Source of the DNA: a virus | Taxonomy: Duplodnaviria > Caudoviricetes | DNA: 64,000 bases | Reading direction: 5' to 3' (one strand) | IMG/VR virus record: IMGVR_UViG_3300020578_000034 | Coordinates: 1-64,000 of that record | Shown here: positions 55,301 to 61,826 of the stretch, one piece after another | Numbering within the stretch: position 1 is the first letter of the stretch | Layout of the letters: every line of letters starts with the position of its first letter | Translations under genes and position numbers: made by a program | Notes under the pieces: generated by a model | Told to the model about the DNA's origin: nothing | Databases searched by the model: none | Seen by the model: the letters and a program-made list of their open reading frames with translations, nothing else

Positions 55301-58158
55301 ACGAGGAGAGGCGGAGGATATCCTCCCTGTACAAGAGAGGCCGATCCGGGGACTTTGAGACTTCGGCGACCGCGGAAGAGCTGGTTGATTTCGAGGGCGC
55401 CGACAGATTGTTCGCCGAGGAAGGCGCGATCATCGGGTACAGGAGGGACCTGGCGCCCGCCGAGATTGCTGCTCCGAAATCGTCGAGATTCACCAGGATC
55501 GCCGACAGGCTCGGCCGGCGCTCCCGAAACCGGCGCGACGAAACGGACGGTTCGTCGTTCGGGCCGGCTCCCTGGGATCCGGATGCCGAGCTGGAGGAGG
55601 CGCTGGATGACAGGCGGGCCCGCCAAATCGCGGAGTCGCTGGCGGCGCTCGAGCCCCCGGATTGGATCAGGGATTGGGACCCGGAAGCCGAAGCGGCGGA
55701 GACGAGGAGGGCTAGGTCGGCGGCGGAGGGACCGAACGCCGCCATGAGGGGGGGGCGAGGTGACGACGAACAAAGACGCCTGAGACGCGAACTTGAGCAA
55801 GCTCTAGGACGCGTTGGCCCACTTCCGGAAGCACCAAGCAAAAGATATACGGAACCAATTACCGATGGGCCAGAAATAATAAGGGCAACACCGAGAGGCG
55901 GCGACGCGGAAGCCGGGATGGCGAGCGGCAACAGATCCAGCTCCCTCGGGAGGATCGCGAGGGGGAGCATGAGGGACCGGGCAATTGCCAAGCTGCTCGA
56001 CAAGGTCCTCGACAGGACCGGTGCGGACGAGGAAACCAGGGAGAAGGTGAAGATCGGCCTCGGACTGGCGACGGCGTTCAGCGCGGGGGGGCCGGCCGGC
56101 GCGGCCACGTACGTGGCGGTCGAGGCCGCGAGGAGAGGCGGCAGGGATCTCGCCGAGTTCACCATAGGCGAGTTGCTGAGACGCGGCAAGATCGACGACG
56201 AGCAGGCCCGCAAGGCCATGGCCGCCGTGGACCGGATAGCCCCCGACGGTCTGCCGGACGACGCGAAGAGGCGGCTCGGCAGGGCCTTCTCGGAGGCGGC
56301 CGACCTCTTCAACGAGAGGATCAACACCCCCGAAAACAGGAGAAGGCTCGCCGAGATGGGCGAGGACGTCGTCGACTCGGCGAGGCAGAGAGCCCAGGAC
56401 CTTGGTCGGAGAGTCAGGAGACGGCGCGGTGCCGACTCGAGGGGCGGCGACGCTGAAGCAGGGATGAGTCGCGGGGGCACCGACAAACCGGTGGTCCGCA
56501 CCGACGGGGAGGGAAGACCGCTGACCAGCGCTGCTTCCCCGCAACGGAGCGGAACGGCGACGGAAAACTACGAGGCGAACGTTCGGGGGATAGAGGACGA
56601 CTCCAGATTGGTCCAATCGGAAATTGACGCCTTGGAGGCTGCGATAGCCCAGGCCGAGGCCACGGGGGAATGGAGGGGAGCCGACTTCGGCGTCAGTTTC
56701 GAGGACGTGGAACCGGAAGCGATGCCCACCCAGGCATACCTGACCAGGACTGCGGGCGGAACGAAGAATCCAAGAAACCTGAGTGCCGAAGAAACGAAAC
56801 AAAACGACGCAATATCCAGGGCAAAAACGCGACTGGCGACGGCCAAAAAAGAGCAAGTGAGACTCGCCCGCGTGGCGACGGACAAACGAACGCGCAGGGA
56901 ACAAAACGTTCTCGACCTAGAGGACATCCCGGCGGAAGAGCTGGAACAACTCGTGGCCGAGGCGGAGGACATCAAGCGATTGGTCGCCCAAAGGGACGAA
57001 GCCAAGAAAAAACTGAGAAGAGACCCGAGATTCGCCGATTTGGACCTGGACCAACAACCCATCGCCATAGACGCCGAACTGGACCGAATGGGAATGCCCG
57101 ACCCGCTATCCCCGGGGGCAGGAGAACGAGCGGCCATTCACGTGGGCAGCGACACGCTCGACAACGGCGTCTTGGACCCGGGTTTTACGTCCGGCGACGA
57201 AACGATGGCCATCGGGGGCGGCAACACCGGTGCGATGAATCAAAACCAGATTCGCAACGTCCGGCGACAAAGAGAAGAAACGGCGGGAAAACTCAAAGCG
57301 GCGGAACGCCTCGTTCAGGAACTCGAATCTGGCACCACGACGATAACCCCACGAGACAAGACCGAAGCCGATTTGCTCAACGGAAAGACCAATTCATCTA
57401 GATTTTCCGCCGGTCAATCGGTGGATCTCGACAAGGTCAGGCCAGGCGTCGACGGTGCGACACTGTCGCGCGGGATCGCCGAGAAGATGCGGATCCAAAT
57501 CAAACAAGATCGCGCGTCGTTGACGAGGCAGGATGCGATTCTGAAAAGGATCAGCGAAAGCCCCAAGTTCGGATACGTCAGCGCCTATCCGCTAAGACCG
57601 GAAGGAACGACGATTGAAGGATACTTCGGCAGAAACTCGGGTAAGAAAGTTCCGGCGAACATCGGAACCTTCCTCACGGAAGCCGAGCAAAACGATCGCG
57701 GGCAGAGGACGCCCGACGGTTTCGTGAACGTGAAGGATAGGGGGATGCTGGATCGCTGGAAGAACACGATAAGGGGAACCCAGTGGCTGGTAATCGGAGG
57801 CGACGACACCATCACGAGCCATTTCGGCAATAGCCCGAATAACGAGGCTCAGATCCTCGGAATCAACAAACCCGTTTTCGGTTTCTCCTTCGGTGCGGCG
57901 TCAGCCGCCAACTACAGAACCAATCTCAGCGACATAGGCATGGCCCTAGCCGCAAGAGCGGTATCGCTAAGGAGAAGCGGCGAAGAGGTCACCCCGGAAT
58001 CCGTGATGCAGGCGCGCAGGAAAGTGGAGTCGTCGAGGATAATCATGCTGGCGAGAGGCGGAGCGACGATCGATGAGATAGCCCAAAAAACCGGACGAAG
58101 CTATCAATTCGTGAGCGAGTTGCTCAGGCTCGCCGGAGTCGAGGGCGGGCCCGCATGA
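49303..58158 (+). CDS. ~2950-aa polyvalent protein (zincin, Pro-rich repeats, GNAT, ART-like C-terminus)
   Basis: HELNH...EFAAE; ISPEFRGMGIA; EAGM linkers; ATG 49303 preferred over TTG 49252. Confidence 0.82.
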   Translation: MSPTPFRIPFNAKIVARHGTTSVYALRDGRLAFVDHTKNRTFLDGSRDVGTGTYGSGHNSAWADSRIVAVASKGGSASFAQTKALRPKQSRMPQEAPDQPGEEIPDEAFSRLMPMIPKEFLDWAASYEIGDPLPPMMPGYGGKTLCNKSINDTSYSQDDFGVDQVVERVLADMGLPDINPALAFAPEMETKGLPRMEQKGILGREIRDLARNIADSILTARGLWKDELNKIRCGSGPNANRFTDIFGTGCDVPGADTAGNIVGAIRAGVDVPGPVDEVAGRIEGARESVADAADGMDFPGGKPSLGERLRTALTRVRGGHTPHYVADMPSDIDPAAGMSDVLSRRSDKRGAFQFVRSLVNRNKRRERGKKGEKTHRSAEEMAREAFATREYRDWEQDFTLRKGRLPNRGEKLNWLAEHVGWKGQIRDAAGNPVTDEFGNPVGSFGGLADTAVVDGEVTDMTHFEAMVEQVVRNPNLVEGGNFDMLSEAKKRKIREEVERNIYDYGLQTLFAMKNAGGPEKIEQIQPDGSRILVDNPEHKKRFAEVIPTHFRIIHETDPSNRNPSLRDAAVVTAVNGFEPGIDDVIDFVPEMGTDRRMTAARPLTAGRQRYGSVAGSMPLYVHENQTSGGEIPFVASISLNPLWFINQQTQKDKLAGFGDQHLGMDMSREAFWAHTADHELNHIDDFAQRLGNKLGYWGELGGGREEWMQRLSQQTYTRTPTGGRWSNVIDLRKDAANYTFLGQQIAELDAKLATATTPYERQKAIWFFYMQNMRFDEQTMSDFARWMNRSGAGFTPGKRLSKDEQAAMLNEIYENLRARGYAEETGVPSFSFWQDMIDTPLGYWNPATGTFEFPLDPRTGLLNPYPLNVMNMQPRWTGRRDAMNRPFSDNVATFPDNLDPSRFGPGQPPFGQARLDNSVSNLLHGFIGGTYAGENDYEFAAELRTHLNKQGALADIREFLADPARNIHQLTEADFMTLVARYVGKDEVYRLYGEPMPGPRALPPGFVGPGGGAPPPPGAGGPPGAGGPPGGAPGIPTIPLGPASPPRTPTGGGGGAAPTPSSPRLRGTATRPTIPMVPRADDPDIPTPDDTTPPPASPRLRGTATRPTIPMVPRADDPDIPTPDDTTPPPASPRLRGTATRPTIPTRPSDEGPEAPGDAPEPGAPSRVRGTGVRRPTRPTTDDDLTETTDDDLVEPTVRPETDADRVSPERRRADADRERRLRELFDDVEETPAEREEFEKRVEESRRRAEAVYYSGHYGDVEQAVEDAKRNISSDDRINPRDRERRVRTMDEQVAARRRAIDRIPVATDPKERRGQQIVAAALEAELMYKAGQIDYRTNERRQADLSVLADLNGTPLYRDDQGMFKLESSVPEWQRTEGPDSIDDSAESVASRTALAETMFGKSEASELLGTRSSETDGPTADSQADRLRLNQIREERVNATARVADAETRHDEALRRARRTGSDPDRGGDGDPAAWADYRAAYEELNDADAENARLLRESRELEDRIPKSDTPTPATTRDPSRRSYERPETPEGIIVEGETPQRQIRMTNQTTGEIIYVDPSNARIMDEVRAEGFAPDVRQPTAPARRQASGREKPRTKPVRTVRNQKPDEPDWVRRERARRARAGLADDIPGYDDEPDVGMAPPTRKRSDSDGVREFLEEGDGAFMTPEQARLQRDGAVERRESAISQRERLINERDGVENGVVGRNLTDDQAQRRVEELNRQIAELERRIDDLERTAELFSEHARKLEEGIPIRGRRGGDAEAGMGRTYETLVGTHANVVSRKRDEIARARQTLDGIGTRRNGGLVTREEAKAVAAAFEDLFSGDMRVQSNFEGRLRTELLSNGRTMVRLDAQVNWDEMVQVQDLTSIPITMQIKSADGKTIYGYATRRLEIGDDGVTVHHGSLTISPEFRGMGIASEFNARNENLYKALGVRSITTSGSSSSMTSTNNPFEDQVIGTGATHWARNGFTWRDDDAKQKFIGIIDSALSNKPGIFSDEERRRISSLYKRGRSGDFETSATAEELVDFEGADRLFAEEGAIIGYRRDLAPAEIAAPKSSRFTRIADRLGRRSRNRRDETDGSSFGPAPWDPDAELEEALDDRRARQIAESLAALEPPDWIRDWDPEAEAAETRRARSAAEGPNAAMRGGRGDDEQRRLRRELEQALGRVGPLPEAPSKRYTEPITDGPEIIRATPRGGDAEAGMASGNRSSSLGRIARGSMRDRAIAKLLDKVLDRTGADEETREKVKIGLGLATAFSAGGPAGAATYVAVEAARRGGRDLAEFTIGELLRRGKIDDEQARKAMAAVDRIAPDGLPDDAKRRLGRAFSEAADLFNERINTPENRRRLAEMGEDVVDSARQRAQDLGRRVRRRRGADSRGGDAEAGMSRGGTDKPVVRTDGEGRPLTSAASPQRSGTATENYEANVRGIEDDSRLVQSEIDALEAAIAQAEATGEWRGADFGVSFEDVEPEAMPTQAYLTRTAGGTKNPRNLSAEETKQNDAISRAKTRLATAKKEQVRLARVATDKRTRREQNVLDLEDIPAEELEQLVAEAEDIKRLVAQRDEAKKKLRRDPRFADLDLDQQPIAIDAELDRMGMPDPLSPGAGERAAIHVGSDTLDNGVLDPGFTSGDETMAIGGGNTGAMNQNQIRNVRRQREETAGKLKAAERLVQELESGTTTITPRDKTEADLLNGKTNSSRFSAGQSVDLDKVRPGVDGATLSRGIAEKMRIQIKQDRASLTRQDAILKRISESPKFGYVSAYPLRPEGTTIEGYFGRNSGKKVPANIGTFLTEAEQNDRGQRTPDGFVNVKDRGMLDRWKNTIRGTQWLVIGGDDTITSHFGNSPNNEAQILGINKPVFGFSFGAASAANYRTNLSDIGMALAARAVSLRRSGEEVTPESVMQARRKVESSRIIMLARGGATIDEIAQKTGRSYQFVSELLRLAGVEGGPA
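52495..52737 (+). repeat. Near-perfect 105-bp coding tandem repeat (~2.3 copies)
   Basis: GGAACCGCCACCAGG recurs at 52501, 52606 and 52711. Confidence 0.9.
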
Positions 58159-60896
58159 CTCGCAGAAGGATAGGTTCCAAGCGCACGAGTCGAGACTCGT
58201 TCGTCGACGACAAGACCGACGCCGCCCTGTCGTCCGTGACGCAGCTGGCGGATACCGTGAGGACGAAGGTCATGCGACCCATCGGCGCCAAGCCACTACC
58301 CCCGCCCCACCTGGTGAGGAACGCCGACATGGACCTCTACATCTACGAGGGGATCCCGTGGATCAACAGGGGCCGCGGGATCATCGACCCGACGCCAGGA
58401 TACGCGCAACCACTCAACAGAAGGCTGAGGAGGGAGGCGCAGGCGAACCTGGGAACCCCGGCGCGGATCGTCGCGATGCGACCAAGTCCCATGGTCACCA
58501 TGAGCCACGCGGACGGGCCAATGGCGGCCATGACGGATCCGAGAATTCTGCGTCGCCCAGAGAACATCTACCCGATCGACGAATTATCGGGGCCGATGCA
58601 GGAGATTGAAACCCGCGTCGACGCGATTCTCGGGCCCAAACCGGCGACGCTCAAGGAGGCGACGGACAACCTCAAGAAATTGGAGAACATCGTGAATTCG
58701 GGGGTCGCCAACGGCAACAACTTCCTGCTTGACCCTGCATATTTTCTGGCGCAAATGCAACCAGGGTTGGCTCAGGTCAGCCCAAGGTTTGCCGGGCCGG
58801 CCACGCCGATGTCCAGTTACGACGACGGGTTGTACTACGCGATTGCGGTCAACCTGATCGATTATCCCGAGGCCTTCAGGGATGTTCATTTGACGATCGC
58901 GACGATCAACAATCCCGACGAGGTAAGCGCATCAACAATGGGGGGGAGCGCGGCGAACCCGCCGTCCTACTTAGAGATTTCCCCGAAATCCGAGTCCGCG
59001 AGGAAGGTTCCGCGGGGGGTGCTTGTCTTGTCCCCAGATCAGGTCAGGGCGGACACCGGTGTCAAAGACATGTCGCATTCCACCGCTAGCACCAAAGGAG
59101 GGGTCGCCACCGGCGCGCGCCTGCCGCTAATCGTCAACTTTCCCACATACAAGAGCAACGGCCAGAAGACAACCAAATTGATGTACGGCGGACAAGAGAT
59201 CGGCGAACTCGCGATCCCGGAAGATTACATGGAGCGAATGGAGGAAAATCTGGCTCTTTGGGAAAAGGTCCTCGCGGCGACGGGGGTGGCGCGACAAGCG
59301 CTCATCGACTCCACGGTCTCGTCCGTGGCGCTGGGTTATTTGCAGGAAATCCAAAACCTGCAAGGGAAAATATCGCAACTCAAAGACATGACGTCCCAAA
59401 CGCCCCATCCGAACGCCCTGCAGTCGGTCCGGGCGCTGGAACAGAGAATGTCGGAACTCTACTCCGAGTCCCAAAAAGCGATTGCGATGGTGACGGCGAT
59501 GCACGAAATAGGCCACGTTCTCGACCACCTGGGCAATTACAAAAGCTCCCCCGACTATTTGAACGCTATCGCCAAGACGTCCGGTGGCCTGAACAGCAAG
59601 TACGAGATGCAACGCGACTTGGGCGTCGCCCAAGCACTTGCACAAGGTCTCGACCACCCCATAAAGGCGGACCTAGCGGAAAATGTGGCAAGGAAATTCG
59701 TCAAGGAAAAACTCCTGAAAATGATTGGGATCATATCCAGGAGGAAATCATTGCCGGGGGTGCGGGCGATGGCGCAGGAAGTCGGAGACGGGCTCATGGC
59801 GATGGATGCCTCCCTGAAGCGCATGCTCCGCAAGCGGGCTTCCCCGGCCGAGACCGCGACCGCCGTCGGATCTATCACCCGCATTTGGGAGCGCATGCTC
59901 AGCCACGAAGTGGGCGCCATCAACAGGACAATCATGCCGGGATCGATGATCGCGGGGGCTCCCGACCATTTTGAGCCTACGTTGAAGTCCGATCCAGCGA
60001 AATTGACGAAGATGGCCGAACAGGCCATAAGCCAGATCAGGAAAATAGGGGAGGACAGCATCAAGGCGTTGGCCGACCCCGGGGCCAGAGAGCAGTACGA
60101 CTTCTACGTTCAAGAAATAGATGGTCTCATCAAGGCGGCGGAGGAAAGAATCAGTCTCTTCAAAAAACCCGAACAACGCGCGATCGCACTGGCGATCACG
60201 GCGATAGCGGCCCACAACAACTACCTCAAAGGGTTCAACGCCTTCATGCGCAACACGAGCAGGGAGATGAGTGAACTACAGCAGGCAGAACAAGCTCTCG
60301 CGTATCTAGCCCCCTGGTTCGGGAACAACGTCACCCAGCAGGACATGGACCAGGCCGTCCTCGACTCCGGCAGGAAGATCATGACCGATTTGTTGACCAT
60401 CAACCCTGCGATGGTCCGGGAGTTCATGGAGATCTACGGACGCAACGAAGGCAAACCGTGGTTTGACGGCGCCGGAGCGTTCGATGCGACCGAGTACCTG
60501 AAGGACATCCTGGGGGGCGGGCCCTTCAACCTGAAGGGCATGGACCTTATCGAGCTTTTGCAGGTGATAAACCATTGGCACGCATTACAAGGGACCAACG
60601 GTTGGAAGAATCTCACCGACAAGGAGATAGGGCTCGTTCAGTCCGCCGCTGACAAACTCACCGACTACGGCGGTCCGGCGGATTACGATTTCTCGATTCC
60701 TTTGCCAAAGTCCCAAATGTCAACCAACAAGGAAACCTACGCCGAGCTGCATCCGATGATCCTGATGAGAATGGAGCGGATGTTGCAAAAGCTGACCGCC
60801 GAGGAGAGGCGAGCGGTGGAGCGCCTGCACGAAGAGATGATCGCGATGGCCAGGGCCGTCATAAACAGCACCAACCAGGGAGGCACAACGCCATGA
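58155..60896 (+). CDS. 913-aa protein with shared N-terminal motif and zincin domain
   Basis: RNADMDLYIYEG...GRGIIDPTP; DGPMAAM linker; HEIGH...NKETYAE. Confidence 0.78.
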   Translation: MTRRRIGSKRTSRDSFVDDKTDAALSSVTQLADTVRTKVMRPIGAKPLPPPHLVRNADMDLYIYEGIPWINRGRGIIDPTPGYAQPLNRRLRREAQANLGTPARIVAMRPSPMVTMSHADGPMAAMTDPRILRRPENIYPIDELSGPMQEIETRVDAILGPKPATLKEATDNLKKLENIVNSGVANGNNFLLDPAYFLAQMQPGLAQVSPRFAGPATPMSSYDDGLYYAIAVNLIDYPEAFRDVHLTIATINNPDEVSASTMGGSAANPPSYLEISPKSESARKVPRGVLVLSPDQVRADTGVKDMSHSTASTKGGVATGARLPLIVNFPTYKSNGQKTTKLMYGGQEIGELAIPEDYMERMEENLALWEKVLAATGVARQALIDSTVSSVALGYLQEIQNLQGKISQLKDMTSQTPHPNALQSVRALEQRMSELYSESQKAIAMVTAMHEIGHVLDHLGNYKSSPDYLNAIAKTSGGLNSKYEMQRDLGVAQALAQGLDHPIKADLAENVARKFVKEKLLKMIGIISRRKSLPGVRAMAQEVGDGLMAMDASLKRMLRKRASPAETATAVGSITRIWERMLSHEVGAINRTIMPGSMIAGAPDHFEPTLKSDPAKLTKMAEQAISQIRKIGEDSIKALADPGAREQYDFYVQEIDGLIKAAEERISLFKKPEQRAIALAITAIAAHNNYLKGFNAFMRNTSREMSELQQAEQALAYLAPWFGNNVTQQDMDQAVLDSGRKIMTDLLTINPAMVREFMEIYGRNEGKPWFDGAGAFDATEYLKDILGGGPFNLKGMDLIELLQVINHWHALQGTNGWKNLTDKEIGLVQSAADKLTDYGGPADYDFSIPLPKSQMSTNKETYAELHPMILMRMERMLQKLTAEERRAVERLHEEMIAMARAVINSTNQGGTTP

Positions 60897-61261
60897 ACGA
60901 CGAGGAATTTATCAAAATAAGACGGGAAATAGAGGCGATGTCCGACGACGAGCTAGTTGCCAAATTCAATTTGGGAGAGCTGGACGAGAGCCAGGTCAAT
61001 CGGATGCTTTTCAAGACCGCGGACTATTTCTTCCCGCCACGCGTCAATCCGTTGGCGAAAGAGATGGTTGCACGCCTGCTGGACCATTCGATTCAAAATG
61101 GAGACAGTCCGTTGGAAACGAGGATTGCTATGTCAATTGCTGTACCGATTATCGCAAAAACGTTCGCGGGCGGAAAAGAGGCGACCTCGGTCGACCTCGA
61201 GATTGACGAGCTTGAGCGAATCGGCGACAAAATACGGAGGTTGATCGACGATGAAAACTGA
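60893..61261 (+). CDS. Hypothetical acidic protein
   Basis: 122 aa; GGAGG SD; ATGA overlap. Confidence 0.65.
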   Translation: MNDEEFIKIRREIEAMSDDELVAKFNLGELDESQVNRMLFKTADYFFPPRVNPLAKEMVARLLDHSIQNGDSPLETRIAMSIAVPIIAKTFAGGKEATSVDLEIDELERIGDKIRRLIDDEN

Positions 61262-61826
61262 TGACACGGGAGTGAAGGCGGATCCGCTTGGCGGCCTGCT
61301 GCCGCAGGAGGTCGTCACCGGCGACATAATGCGCGGCTACGGCCCGCGGCGCGGGAACCTCGAGCGGTTGCTGCGCTACTGGAGACCGATAATGAAAAAG
61401 CCCGGCGGCTTCCGGAGATGCAGGGTGATCCTGGCGGACCACCCCGAGCTGTACCCGCTGAACAACATCTGCGCCTGGTTGCACCACGAGACGACGGGCC
61501 TCTGGCCCAACGAGGGCTGCCACCACCCGGGGATGAAGAACTGCAGGAGAAAGTTGCGCGGAGTGGTGAACGGGTCGCTGTGGAGCGACTCGGATTTTGA
61601 CGACCGCATGAGGAAGCTGACGAGGAGGGCGACCAAGAAGAAGGACCTCCGGTCCAGCGGTGGAATCGACGCGGCGCCACCGTACGAGCCGTTCGTCCCA
61701 GTCATCACCGACGACGACTGGGACCACGCCTGGAAGGTCATGGACGACTTCGTGAAGATGGAGACGAAATTCGTCGCATTCGTGTGCGACGACAACAACT
61801 GGGAGATGTTCGACTCGGATGTATGA
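61251..61826 (+). CDS. Phage head-region protein with Cys/His motif
   Basis: LLRYW, PGGFRRC and CAWLH..TTG.WP pattern that I recall from actinophage head regions; GGAGG SD. Confidence 0.65.
   Translation: MKTDDTGVKADPLGGLLPQEVVTGDIMRGYGPRRGNLERLLRYWRPIMKKPGGFRRCRVILADHPELYPLNNICAWLHHETTGLWPNEGCHHPGMKNCRRKLRGVVNGSLWSDSDFDDRMRKLTRRATKKKDLRSSGGIDAAPPYEPFVPVITDDDWDHAWKVMDDFVKMETKFVAFVCDDNNWEMFDSDV

Noticed and set aside
21277-58158. Inteins as the reason for the giant ORFs
   Set aside because: I saw no Cys-initiated block A, HN-[CST] junction or LAGLIDADG motifs.
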